Part shown: piece by piece, positions 21,960-30,755 of the stretch | Layout of the letters: every line of letters starts with the position of its first letter | How positions within the stretch are numbered: position 1 is the stretch's first letter | DNA from: an uncultured Verrucomicrobiota bacterium | GTDB taxonomy: Bacteria > Verrucomicrobiota > Verrucomicrobiia > Limisphaerales > UBA9464 | Reading direction: 5' to 3' | NCBI GenBank assembly: GCA_903858835.1 | Contig: CAIOKD010000062.1 | Span: 1 to 37,355 of the forward strand | DNA length: 37,355 bases | Made by a program: the position numbers and the translations under genes | Notes under the pieces: generated by a model | What the model was told of the DNA's origin: nothing | What the model saw: only the letters and a program-made list of their open reading frames with translations | The model's database searches: none

Positions 21960-22130
21960 GAGGCGGGCAGTGAGTCTCGATGGTGCCCGGGAGCGAATGC
22001 AACGAGGGAAACGCCCCTTCGTCCCATCCGGGACATCGGCCCGGGCGACGAATGCGCACTGTCAGCAGGAGTCACTTTCCGAGTTTAAAAAGTACGGATA
22101 CGTATTATCCTTTCGGGAACCGAGGTAACT

Positions 22131-23213
22131 ATGCCCATCCCCACCGTCGCTCCGGAAGCCGTCGCCGCCGCCAAGAGCCAACTCGACCAGCACCTGCTGG
22201 AGATCATCGAATGGCACTTCAATCCCGCCACGGGTTGCCCCTTCTGGCTCGATTGGGCCCGCAAGAACTGGGATCCCCGCAAGGAGATCCGCAGCTTCGA
22301 AGACATGCTCAAGTTCCCGCACTTCCAGGACGAGTCGCTGCGCGACCTTCAGCCCGAGGTCTGGGTGCCGGCCGAGTTCAAGGGCAAGCCTTTCAACATC
22401 TTCGAGACCGGCGGCACCACCGGCATGCCGAAGCAGCGCATCGGTTGGAACGACTACAGGGTCGATTACTCCGAGTTCAGCGACAAAATCGACGACACCC
22501 ACTTCCCGCGCGGGGGTGCGTGGTTGATGATGGGCCCGACCGGCCCCCGCCGCCTGCGTCTGGCGATCGAGCACTTGGCCAACGTCCGGGGCAGCTCCTG
22601 CTACTTCATCGACCTCGACCCGCGCTTCGTGAAGAAGCTCTTGTCGAACAAGCAGTACGATGTGGCCAAGCAGTACATGGCCCACGTGGTCGACCAGGCC
22701 GCCACGATCCTCAAGCACCGCAAGGTCAGCGGCCTGTTCACCACGCCGAAGCTGCTGGAGGCCCTGGCCGAGCAGGTCAACCTCTGGGAGGCGGGCATCC
22801 GCGGCGTGTTCTGCGGCGGCACCTCGATGAAGCCGCAGGAAGTGCGGTTCATCGTCGAGGAATTGCTCGAGGGCCGGATCGGGTTCTACCCCACCTACGG
22901 CAACACCCTGATGGGCCTGGCCGCCAGCGTGCCGCTGCAACCGGAGGACAACTTCAGCGTGACCTACTACTCGCCGCAGCCCCGGGCGGTCCTGCGCGTG
23001 GTGAAGCCCAACGCCACCCAGGAACTGGTGAACTACGGTGAGTTCGGCCGCGTGGAGCTCACCACCCTCACCCGCGAGTTCTTCATGCCACGCTTCCTCG
23101 AGCGCGACGAGGCCATCCGCCGCGCTCCGCGTCCGCCCTACGCCTGGGATGGCGTGGGTGATGTCCGTCCGTTCGGCGCGATGGAGAAGACCATCGTCGA
23201 GGGCGTGTACTGA
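22131..23213 (+). CDS. EhpF/GriC-like atypical adenylate-forming (ANL) enzyme
   Basis: WHFNPATGCPFWL, P-loop FETGGTTGMPK, GPTGP, IDLDPRFVK, TTPK, GGT, TYGNT, YGEFG, ERDEA and C-terminal IVEGVY, collinear with Pantoea EhpF as I recall it. SD GAGGT at 22122-22126. Confidence 0.75.
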   Translation: MPIPTVAPEAVAAAKSQLDQHLLEIIEWHFNPATGCPFWLDWARKNWDPRKEIRSFEDMLKFPHFQDESLRDLQPEVWVPAEFKGKPFNIFETGGTTGMPKQRIGWNDYRVDYSEFSDKIDDTHFPRGGAWLMMGPTGPRRLRLAIEHLANVRGSSCYFIDLDPRFVKKLLSNKQYDVAKQYMAHVVDQAATILKHRKVSGLFTTPKLLEALAEQVNLWEAGIRGVFCGGTSMKPQEVRFIVEELLEGRIGFYPTYGNTLMGLAASVPLQPEDNFSVTYYSPQPRAVLRVVKPNATQELVNYGEFGRVELTTLTREFFMPRFLERDEAIRRAPRPPYAWDGVGDVRPFGAMEKTIVEGVY

Positions 23214-23248
23214 GGTTCCGGGCTGTCTTTGCCCGAAGACCCAAGAAC

Positions 23249-23290
23249 AACGCCGACTCCGTGTCATCCACGGGTCGGCGTTTTCACTTT
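23249..23290 (+). terminator. Intrinsic terminator after the EhpF-like gene
   Basis: AACGCCGAC-T-CCGTG / loop / CACGG-GTCGGCGTT followed by TTCACTTT. Confidence 0.75.
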
Positions 23291-23342
23291 GGGACGGACT
23301 TCACAGAAGCCCCGACATCATCCGCAGAGGAACTCAAGGCGC

Positions 23343-25601
23343 CTAGGCCGCCTTGGGCACCGAATTGGTCTCGGGTTTTGCCGGGTCGGCTTTGGTTCCA
23401 GCGTCCTTCTTTGGGAAGTGATAGCGGTGCTTCAACACGTCGGGGAGGTATTCCTCAAGCTTGTCGGCCCTCCATTGCAAGCCGATCAAGCCCGCGACAA
23501 CCAACGCGCCGTACAGTTTCCAAGGCCGCCGGGTTTCCTCGAACGGATCGACCAGGTCGCGGCTTGATCCGGGAGGCAATTCCGCGATGGCCGTCAGCCG
23601 GGTGCCGAAGGGCACGTTGATCCGGGCCTTGGCGTTCACGGCCCAGCCGTTGGCATCCAGGATCGGCCCCAGGTTGCGCTTGCGCAGCTTGATGTAGGTC
23701 ATCACCAGCGACGGTCCCGAGATCAAGGCCATCACGCCGACGATGGCCCCGACCATGGCGAACGCCCCCTGGGCCCATAGATCCTTGCCGAGGGTGGCCA
23801 CCGCGGTGAAGAAGCCGCCGATGGCTCCGAAGGCCACACCCAACGCGGCGACCGTGCCCACATCAACCTTCTGCGGAGCGGCGGCTGCCGCCGGAGTCAC
23901 CGACTTGGTCGCCACCGTAGTAGCCGCGGCCGCGAGCTTCTGGCTGGCGGCGGCATCGGCCTCGGCCGCCCGTTTGGCGATCTGCTCCTCCACCCAGCGG
24001 ACGAACCGCTTGTAGGGTTGCCAGAAGGCCTGTCGGAGGCTGATGGGATTGGCCACGATCTTGGTGATGGTGGCGTCGTAATCGAGCCCCTTGCGGTCGT
24101 AGAACACACCGTTGCGGCCCACCATCAGGTTCTCGTCGTCGCCCTGGGAGAAGATGGCCACCACGGTCAGTTTCTGCCCGGTCGCCTTTCGGAGGCAGTC
24201 CACATAGGCCAAGTAGGCTCCGGCCAGGCTGGCCATCACCGCATGCTTGGCGGGATCCACCACGGTGATGCAGAGGTTGCATGACCGCTGGTCGAGATAG
24301 AGGGTGCCCGCCTGGAAGATCGCCGGCGATCCCCCGTCGTAGAGGTCGCGGAAATTCACGAAATTGGTGGCGAGCACGATCAGGTCCCGATGGAAGCGTA
24401 CGAACTTCTCGACCGAGGCGACGCCGGAGGCCTCCATCTCCAATTCCTTATCGCGGGCGATGAGACCCGTGATCGCCGCCCGGGCATCGCCCCGCAGGAT
24501 CTCCCGCACCCGGGCGATGCCGAGCGACTCGACGCGCATCCCTGCCTTGGCGGTCTGCCAAGCCTCGTACGGGGCCAATCGCGCTTGGACGACCGACCAA
24601 TCCTCTTCGGTGAGCACCTCGCGCGCGCCCAGCAGCGGTTCCACCGTCGCCGAGCGGAAGGTCGCGATGGCCTGGGCATGGGCGGGATTGAGACCCGAAA
24701 CCAACGACAACGGTTGCCCCGGGACGATCCGGGATACGGGAAACCCGGAGACCTCCTGCGCGGAGAGGCTCAGATCCTTGGTCAGGAGACCCTTGTACTC
24801 CTCCTCAGTGCGGTTGAGCAGCGGGGATAATCGGGCCTCGAACGTCGCCAGGCGGCAGCGACCGAAGTAGTCGTCGATCTTGGCCTTCACCGCCTGCATC
24901 GCAGCGGCAGCCGCAGCCGTCGCGGGCCCGGCGGGGAGGATCTTGGCCGCATCGGCTTCGGAGGTGTTCACCCAGGCATCGAACCGGGCCAATTCCGTGA
25001 AGAACTCCTCCACCTTGGCCGCATCGACGCCCGGCTTGCCGCTCCGGTCCATCACCGACCCGACCGCCGCCATGGCCTCGCGGATGACCTGCTGGACGGT
25101 GGTGTCTTCAGCCGATTCAGGGATGATCACCCCGTCACCGTTGAAGACCGTGTTGGCGAAGCTCTTGGACGCGGCGGCGGCATCGTCGACCGTGATGACC
25201 CCGGCCTCAGCCTTGCTCAACTGGCGCAGGATCACCCTGGCCGACCCGAGGATCTGGCGCCCCTCGGGGACTTGGTCGTTGATCGCCGTGAGCGCGACAC
25301 CGTCCCGGCCTTTCACGAGATCATCGGGGTCCCGCAGCATCGACCCCGCCCATCGGATCGCCGCAATCAACTCCTGCGCCCGGATGCGCCCATCTCCATC
25401 GGAGTCGATCAGCGCGGCGGTCTTGGGATCAAACTCGATGCCCGTGGTCGGACAGGCCAGGGCCACCCAGAGTTTCTGGTCCAACTGGTCCAGGTTCATC
25501 AGGTCCGCCCCCGTCTGGAGCTTGACCTGGTCGAAACCTCCGGCACGGAAGAACTGCCAGGTGTGCGGTTTCCGAGGAGCGTTGGTCTGCGGCGATTGCA
25601 T
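23343..25601 (-). CDS. Hypothetical membrane protein with N-terminal EF-hand-like motif (about 752 aa)
   Basis: WQFFRAGGFDQV...DQKLWVALACP; DSDGDGRIRAQE fits the canonical 12-residue EF-hand loop; long helical middle; 2-3 C-terminal hydrophobic segments; RNLGPILDANGWAVN. Start ATG 25601. Confidence 0.8.
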   Translation of the reverse strand: MQSPQTNAPRKPHTWQFFRAGGFDQVKLQTGADLMNLDQLDQKLWVALACPTTGIEFDPKTAALIDSDGDGRIRAQELIAAIRWAGSMLRDPDDLVKGRDGVALTAINDQVPEGRQILGSARVILRQLSKAEAGVITVDDAAAASKSFANTVFNGDGVIIPESAEDTTVQQVIREAMAAVGSVMDRSGKPGVDAAKVEEFFTELARFDAWVNTSEADAAKILPAGPATAAAAAAMQAVKAKIDDYFGRCRLATFEARLSPLLNRTEEEYKGLLTKDLSLSAQEVSGFPVSRIVPGQPLSLVSGLNPAHAQAIATFRSATVEPLLGAREVLTEEDWSVVQARLAPYEAWQTAKAGMRVESLGIARVREILRGDARAAITGLIARDKELEMEASGVASVEKFVRFHRDLIVLATNFVNFRDLYDGGSPAIFQAGTLYLDQRSCNLCITVVDPAKHAVMASLAGAYLAYVDCLRKATGQKLTVVAIFSQGDDENLMVGRNGVFYDRKGLDYDATITKIVANPISLRQAFWQPYKRFVRWVEEQIAKRAAEADAAASQKLAAAATTVATKSVTPAAAAAPQKVDVGTVAALGVAFGAIGGFFTAVATLGKDLWAQGAFAMVGAIVGVMALISGPSLVMTYIKLRKRNLGPILDANGWAVNAKARINVPFGTRLTAIAELPPGSSRDLVDPFEETRRPWKLYGALVVAGLIGLQWRADKLEEYLPDVLKHRYHFPKKDAGTKADPAKPETNSVPKAA

Positions 25602-25685
25602 GGCGGGCGACAGCGTTGGCGATAAACAATAGCAGCGGAGCCGGGGCGATGCCACCCAGCGTATCGGTGGATCCCGGGCGGAGCT

Positions 25686-26645
25686 TCAGCCGGGAATCCG
25701 AATCTCGGGAGGCGGCGGCGATTCCTTGAGGCGGCGATGGGCCTCGGGATCCGACCGCTTGAGGAGTTCGAGACGTTCCACTAGACCATCCACCCCGGGG
25801 CCGCCGCTATGGCACACGTCGAGGCGGGTGTAGGGCTTGAAGTGCTGGGGCAGGCCGATCACCCGGGCACGATCCGGCGCCCACTCAGCGACCGGACGGC
25901 GGTCGAGGACCAGCCAACTGTAGGGCAGGCTCCTCAGATCGATGCCCGCCCTGCGGCCGAACTGGACCCACTCCCCATCGGTGAAGGCCTCGGTCGGAGC
26001 CTTGGCGAAGAAGTGGCACCAATCGGATTCCCTGACGGGTGCCTGGAGACCGCAGGCCTGACGATGGGGACAGGGTGCAACGATGTGGAACTCGTCGCGC
26101 AACTGTTCCCGCAAGGTGATGAGGCCACGACTGCAGGCATGGGTGCCGGGCTCGAGCCACAAGACACATTGGGCCGCCCTCACGGCCGCCATCAGGCGCG
26201 GCAGGTCGTCTCGGTGCAACTCGTTGAGCACATGGCTGATCACCAACGTGGTGCAGGACCCCTGCCCCGAGGGATCGGGTTCGGCCCGGAGACCCGGGAA
26301 GCGATCCCGGGCTCGCCCCGAGGCGAACTGCATGGCCAAAGCGGATCGATCGTGCAGTCGGACTTCCGGGAGGTTCGCCTGACCGAACGTATCGACCACA
26401 CAGCGCGAGGCCACACCGCTGCCGCATCCCCAGTCGAGCATCGGACCCGCGGGCGGCGCCCAGCCCAGGCGCAACAGTTCCGACAAGGCCGCCCCCCACT
26501 TCCAGGCGATGCGCTGGGCGTAGGTGAAGTCGTAGCTGGCGAGATCCGAGAGGTTGCGCCAGTAGGGTTCCCGCACCGGCTCGGAGCGCAGGAAGAGGGC
26601 CCTCAGCCGGTCCAGAGAGGCCCAGTCCACCTCGTCCCAGGTCAT
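25686..26645 (-). CDS. Rsm22/METTL17-family SAM-dependent methyltransferase-like protein
   Basis: SAM motif LDWGCGSG; SHVLNEL; LWLEPGT; HIVAPCPHRQACGL...WCHF; LPYSWLVL; RLDVC. 4-bp overlap with the upstream gene. Confidence 0.82.
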   Translation of the reverse strand: MTWDEVDWASLDRLRALFLRSEPVREPYWRNLSDLASYDFTYAQRIAWKWGAALSELLRLGWAPPAGPMLDWGCGSGVASRCVVDTFGQANLPEVRLHDRSALAMQFASGRARDRFPGLRAEPDPSGQGSCTTLVISHVLNELHRDDLPRLMAAVRAAQCVLWLEPGTHACSRGLITLREQLRDEFHIVAPCPHRQACGLQAPVRESDWCHFFAKAPTEAFTDGEWVQFGRRAGIDLRSLPYSWLVLDRRPVAEWAPDRARVIGLPQHFKPYTRLDVCHSGGPGVDGLVERLELLKRSDPEAHRRLKESPPPPEIRIPG

Positions 26646-27856
26646 GGTGTTGCGGGGTTCGGAACGGCCGTGGCGGCGGGGACCAGAGCGAAGCCGAGGC
26701 GCTCGGCTAGGCGCTGGCGGACGATGCCGTGGAATCGGGCGAACTCCACCACGGCCCGCGCACGAGCCTCGGTGTCACTCGGGGATTTCCGACGAATGGC
26801 CGCGATCATCAGGTTCTTGCCCGTGTGTTCGGTGGAGATGAACTCGAAGACGCGGGTGTCATACCCGGCCCACTCCAGCAGCAGGGCACGCAACGCATCG
26901 GTGGCGAACTCGGCCTGTCGCTCGCGGAAGATGCCGTGACGCAGCGAACCGGCCAATGGGGCCGGCACCGACAACTGGGGGCGCACCTCCTGATGGCAAC
27001 ACGGCGAGACCAGGATCAGCGGGGCTCCGGATTGGACCCCCTTGGCCAGAGCCTCATCGGTGGCGGTGTCGCAGGCGTGGAGAGCCATCACCACGGAAGC
27101 CTCCTCCAGACGGCTGGAGGCGATGTCGCCGGCCTCAAACTTCAACCGGGTGAATCCGCAACGGCCGGCCACGGACCGCCCCTGCTCGACCAGACCCGGG
27201 CGCACCTCAACTCCGATGGCCGTGACTTCTCCGGTGCGGGTTTTGGACAGATGATCGTAGGCCGCGAAGGTCAGATAGGCCTTGCCGCAGCCCATGTCCA
27301 CGAGGTGCAACGGGGCCGCCGGATCGAGTTGGGCCGCGACGAGCAACGGCTGCAGCACTTCGACAAAGCGATTGATCTGACGGAACTTGGCTTCCATGCC
27401 CGCCTTCACGGATCCGTCGGCCGCGGTGACGCCCAATTCACGGAGCCAGGTCGAGTGTCCTGGCACGGGCCGCTCCTTGGCCCGATCGTGGGCGAGGTCG
27501 GGCACCTCGGTCACCTCGGGCTTGCCCAGGAGCATCCGGGTGGGCCGTCCCTTGCGGAAGGTGAGCTGAGCGGTGCCGGTGGTGGTCGACAAGAAACCGT
27601 TGAGGAACTGCTGTCCCAGCAGGTCGCGCAGCAGGTCGATCGCCTCGTCGTACGGGAAATTCTTGGTCACATCCCGCGTCGGGTGGCGGTACACGAAGGA
27701 CAACACCGGGGCGTCCTTCAGGCGGACCGGCCGGATGAACACGTTGCGGATCCCGTCCGGCTGCACCGAGGCCCCGAGGTTCAGGCGAACCAGGGTGCCG
27801 TCTTGGGCGCTCTGGCGCACGCGGTCCAGGAACTCGTCCACCGTCTTGGAACTCAT
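26642..27856 (-). CDS. SAM-dependent methyltransferase (Methyltransf_32-like)
   Basis: KFRQINRFVE, VDMGCGKAYLTFA, ALHACDTATD, SPCCHQE, ATDALRA, FEFISTEHTGKN. Start ATG 27856. Confidence 0.85.
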   Translation of the reverse strand: MSSKTVDEFLDRVRQSAQDGTLVRLNLGASVQPDGIRNVFIRPVRLKDAPVLSFVYRHPTRDVTKNFPYDEAIDLLRDLLGQQFLNGFLSTTTGTAQLTFRKGRPTRMLLGKPEVTEVPDLAHDRAKERPVPGHSTWLRELGVTAADGSVKAGMEAKFRQINRFVEVLQPLLVAAQLDPAAPLHLVDMGCGKAYLTFAAYDHLSKTRTGEVTAIGVEVRPGLVEQGRSVAGRCGFTRLKFEAGDIASSRLEEASVVMALHACDTATDEALAKGVQSGAPLILVSPCCHQEVRPQLSVPAPLAGSLRHGIFRERQAEFATDALRALLLEWAGYDTRVFEFISTEHTGKNLMIAAIRRKSPSDTEARARAVVEFARFHGIVRQRLAERLGFALVPAATAVPNPATP

Positions 27857-27867
27857 GGGCGCAAGGT

Positions 27868-29064
27868 CTAACCGATCGCTGGAGCCGGTGACAGGACGCT
27901 TTCCGCCGGCAGGGGGCCCGCCAGGCGCAGGTCGGCCACGCATTCCACATGCTGGGTCTGCGGGAACATGTCGAGGGGCAGGACCGTCTCCAGCCGGTAG
28001 CGCCCGTCGGCGCAGAGGATCTTCAGGTCCCGGGCCAGCGTGGCGGGATGACAGGAGACGTAGAGGATCTGACCCGGGCCCGTCTTCCGCAGGACCTCCA
28101 GACTGGGCGGGCGACACCCGACCCGCGGCGGGTCGAGCAGCACGGCCGTCTGGGCGGGATTCCATTTCGCCAACAGGCCGGGGAGCACCTGGTCGGTGTC
28201 ACCGGCGACGTAAGATCCATTGCGGATGCCGCGGGATGCCTGGTTGCGACGGGCCGCCTGGATCGCGGGCGCGTCGAGTTCGACCCCGACGAAGTTCTCC
28301 ACCGTATCGGCGACCTCGAGGCTAAAGAACCCGACCCCGCAATAGGCATCGACCAGGTTCCGCGCCCCGTGGCTGCGCAGGCGGTCTTTCACCACCCGCA
28401 CCAACTCAGGCAGCAGTAGGAAATTGTTCTGAAAGAAAGAGTGCTCCGGCACTTCCCATCCCGGGGCCTCCATGCGCAACACCGTCTTGATCCCGCCCTT
28501 GGGCGGCGGGTTGCGGCGCCACTCCGTGATCGCCTCGTTGATGGCAGGCTCGGCGATGGCACAGGACTCGATGTCGCAGACCAGGCCGCAGTCGGTGCGC
28601 ATGAATCCCAGGTTCAGCTTCTGGGCGGGTTTGTTCCACTGGCTGCGAACAAGCACACGGTTGCGGTAGTGGTAGGGATTCGGGCACGGGATCACCGGCT
28701 GGACAACCGATGGATCGAACCCGCCGACACGCCGGAAGAGCTCGCCGATCTGCCGATGCTTCCAGCGGAGCTGTGCGGCGTAGTCGAGGTGCTGGTACTG
28801 GCAACCGCCGCATTCGCCGAAATAGGCGCACTTCGGCTCCACCCGCTCCGGCGAGGGCTTGAGGATCTTCACCAGTTCGGCACGGCCGAAGCTCTTCTTC
28901 ACCTCGGTGAGCTTGGCCTCGACCACATCGCCGGGCGCGGTGAACGGGACGAAGAGGACGAAATCGCCCACCCGCCCGACCCCTTCGCCCCCGAAGGCGA
29001 GGTCGGTGATCTCCAGTCGCAGCCGTTGGCCGGCCACGGGCAGTCCGTTGGGCAGTGTTTCCAC
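27868..29064 (-). CDS. TRAM-domain RNA (uracil-5)-methyltransferase, TrmA/RlmD family
   Basis: TRAM (LEITDLAFGGEGVGR...FVPFTAPGD), CAYFGECGGCQYQ Fe-S motif, SFFQNN, DAYCGVGFF, LDPPRVG, YVSCHPATLARD, DMFPQTQHVE. Confidence 0.92.
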   Translation of the reverse strand: METLPNGLPVAGQRLRLEITDLAFGGEGVGRVGDFVLFVPFTAPGDVVEAKLTEVKKSFGRAELVKILKPSPERVEPKCAYFGECGGCQYQHLDYAAQLRWKHRQIGELFRRVGGFDPSVVQPVIPCPNPYHYRNRVLVRSQWNKPAQKLNLGFMRTDCGLVCDIESCAIAEPAINEAITEWRRNPPPKGGIKTVLRMEAPGWEVPEHSFFQNNFLLLPELVRVVKDRLRSHGARNLVDAYCGVGFFSLEVADTVENFVGVELDAPAIQAARRNQASRGIRNGSYVAGDTDQVLPGLLAKWNPAQTAVLLDPPRVGCRPPSLEVLRKTGPGQILYVSCHPATLARDLKILCADGRYRLETVLPLDMFPQTQHVECVADLRLAGPLPAESVLSPAPAIG

Positions 29065-29122
29065 CCCGCCGAATTGCCACGAATCGGGTCCCGGACAAAA
29101 GGACGGACTTTGGCCAACGACT

Positions 29123-30184
29123 CTAGTCGCCGTTGGGATAGGAACCCAGGATCTTCACGAAACTGCAGTGCTGGCCGAGCATTTCGATGGCCTTGGCGAC
29201 CTTGGCGTCCTCGGCATGGCCGTCGATGTCGGCGAAGAAGAAGTATTCCCAGGCCTTCCGCTTCGAGGGGCGCGACTCGATCTTGGTCATGTTGATGCGG
29301 AATCGGCGGAACGGCGCCAGGGCGCGGTGCAAGGCCCCGGCCTCGTCGCGCAGACTGAACATCAGGCTGGTGCGGTCGGCCCCGGAACTGGGACCGCACT
29401 GACGGCCCAGGACCAGGAACCGCGTGGCGTTGGCCGAGTTGTCCTGGATGTCGCGCTCGAGGATGGGGACCTTGTAGCGCTCGCCCGCCAATTCGCCGGT
29501 GATGGCCGCCGCGTGCTTCTCCTTGGCCGCCAATTCCGCCGAGCGGGCGTTGGAGCTGGTCTCGACCACCTCGGCCTGCGGCAGGCTGCGTTGGATCCAA
29601 CCGCGGCATTGAGCGAGCGTCTGGGGGTGGACGTAGAGCTTGCGTATGTCCTCGCGGCGCCCCTTGGCCGCCAGGCAGTGCGAGATCTTCAGGACGATCT
29701 GGGAGACGATCTTCAGGTCGCTGTCCACGAACATGTCCAACGTGTGGGTCACCACGCCCTCGGTGGAGTTCTCCACGGGCACGACCCCGTAGTCGGCCTT
29801 CTGGCGGGACACCTCGTTGAACACGTCGGCGATGGTCCTCTGGGGCGCATAGGCCAGCGACGCCCCGAAACGACGCAGGGCCGCCTGGTGAGTGAAGGTG
29901 GCCTCGGGCCCGAGGTAGGCGATGGTCAGGCTGCGTTCCAATGAGAGGGCGCAGGACATGATCTCGCGGTAGATGGCCCGGAGCCCCTCGTGGGTGATCG
30001 GCCCCTGGTTGTGGCGAAAGACCTTCTGGAAGACGGCGCGCTCGCGGTGTGGCGCGTAAATCTCCTGGCCGTGACGGGTCTTGATCGCCCCGATCTCAAG
30101 CACGTGACGCGTGCGTTCGTTGAGCAGTCGCACGATCTCGGCGTCCAGCGCATCGATGGCTTGGCGGTGTTCCTGCAGCGACAT
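29123..30184 (-). CDS. pheA: Bifunctional chorismate mutase / prephenate dehydratase (P-protein)
   Basis: CM domain (RQAIDALDAEIVRLLNER, YAPHRE), AYLGPEATFT, VVPVENSTEG, NATRFLV, ACT domain TKIESRPS. Start ATG 30184. Confidence 0.95.
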   Translation of the reverse strand: MSLQEHRQAIDALDAEIVRLLNERTRHVLEIGAIKTRHGQEIYAPHRERAVFQKVFRHNQGPITHEGLRAIYREIMSCALSLERSLTIAYLGPEATFTHQAALRRFGASLAYAPQRTIADVFNEVSRQKADYGVVPVENSTEGVVTHTLDMFVDSDLKIVSQIVLKISHCLAAKGRREDIRKLYVHPQTLAQCRGWIQRSLPQAEVVETSSNARSAELAAKEKHAAAITGELAGERYKVPILERDIQDNSANATRFLVLGRQCGPSSGADRTSLMFSLRDEAGALHRALAPFRRFRINMTKIESRPSKRKAWEYFFFADIDGHAEDAKVAKAIEMLGQHCSFVKILGSYPNGD

Positions 30185-30263
30185 GGCTTCCGGCACGATG
30201 CCGCAACTCGCGGGCGGGGCGAAGGAGGTTTTTTTCGCCCGATGCGGATTTTCCCGCCCGACG

Positions 30264-30629
30264 GTGCTCGCCCCGGACAGCGGTTCCACTTGGACTCTGC
30301 AATTGCCCGAGGGCCAGGCGGAGCGTGGGCGTGCGGCTTTCAATATGCTTTGGTGCCACGGGTGCCACGTGGCGAAGGGGTACGAGAAGGAGTTCGAGGC
30401 GCCCCACGCCCAACCGGCCGTCCCTGTCGTGCTGGGGCGGGAGAACCGGAAACCCAGCCGGATGGAACTGGTGAACTCCATCGTCAACCCCTCGCACCGC
30501 ATCGAACCGGGCTTCCAACGCAACCTGGTGACCCAGGGGAAGTTCTCGCGGATGGGCGATTACAACGAAACCATGACGCTCCAGCAATTGAGCGACCTCG
30601 TGGCGTTCCTGGAGTCGCTGCAGCGCTGA
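30264..30629 (+). CDS. Mono-heme c-type cytochrome domain protein (start uncertain, no evident signal peptide)
   Basis: LPEGQAERGRAAF...CHGCH (CxxCH), LVNSIVNPSHRI, SRMGDYN (axial Met candidate), LSDLVAFLESL. Confidence 0.72.
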   Translation: MLAPDSGSTWTLQLPEGQAERGRAAFNMLWCHGCHVAKGYEKEFEAPHAQPAVPVVLGRENRKPSRMELVNSIVNPSHRIEPGFQRNLVTQGKFSRMGDYNETMTLQQLSDLVAFLESLQR

Positions 30630-30667
30630 ACCCGAACCCGGCCGAAGGATCATCGGCCTCCAAAGGA

Positions 30668-30703
30668 AACGGCCCGCCGGATCGCGGAATCCGGGGGGCC
30701 GTT
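30668..30703. terminator. Hairpin / probable terminator between the convergent cytochrome c and fba genes
   Basis: AACGGCCC-G-CCGGAT / CGCGGA loop / ATCCGG-G-GGGCCGTT with short T-rich flanks on both strands. Confidence 0.6.
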
Positions 30704-30755
30704 GTGTTCATGGGGACCGGAGCGGGGCTCCGGGAAAACCCGATGGGAGGATTTC

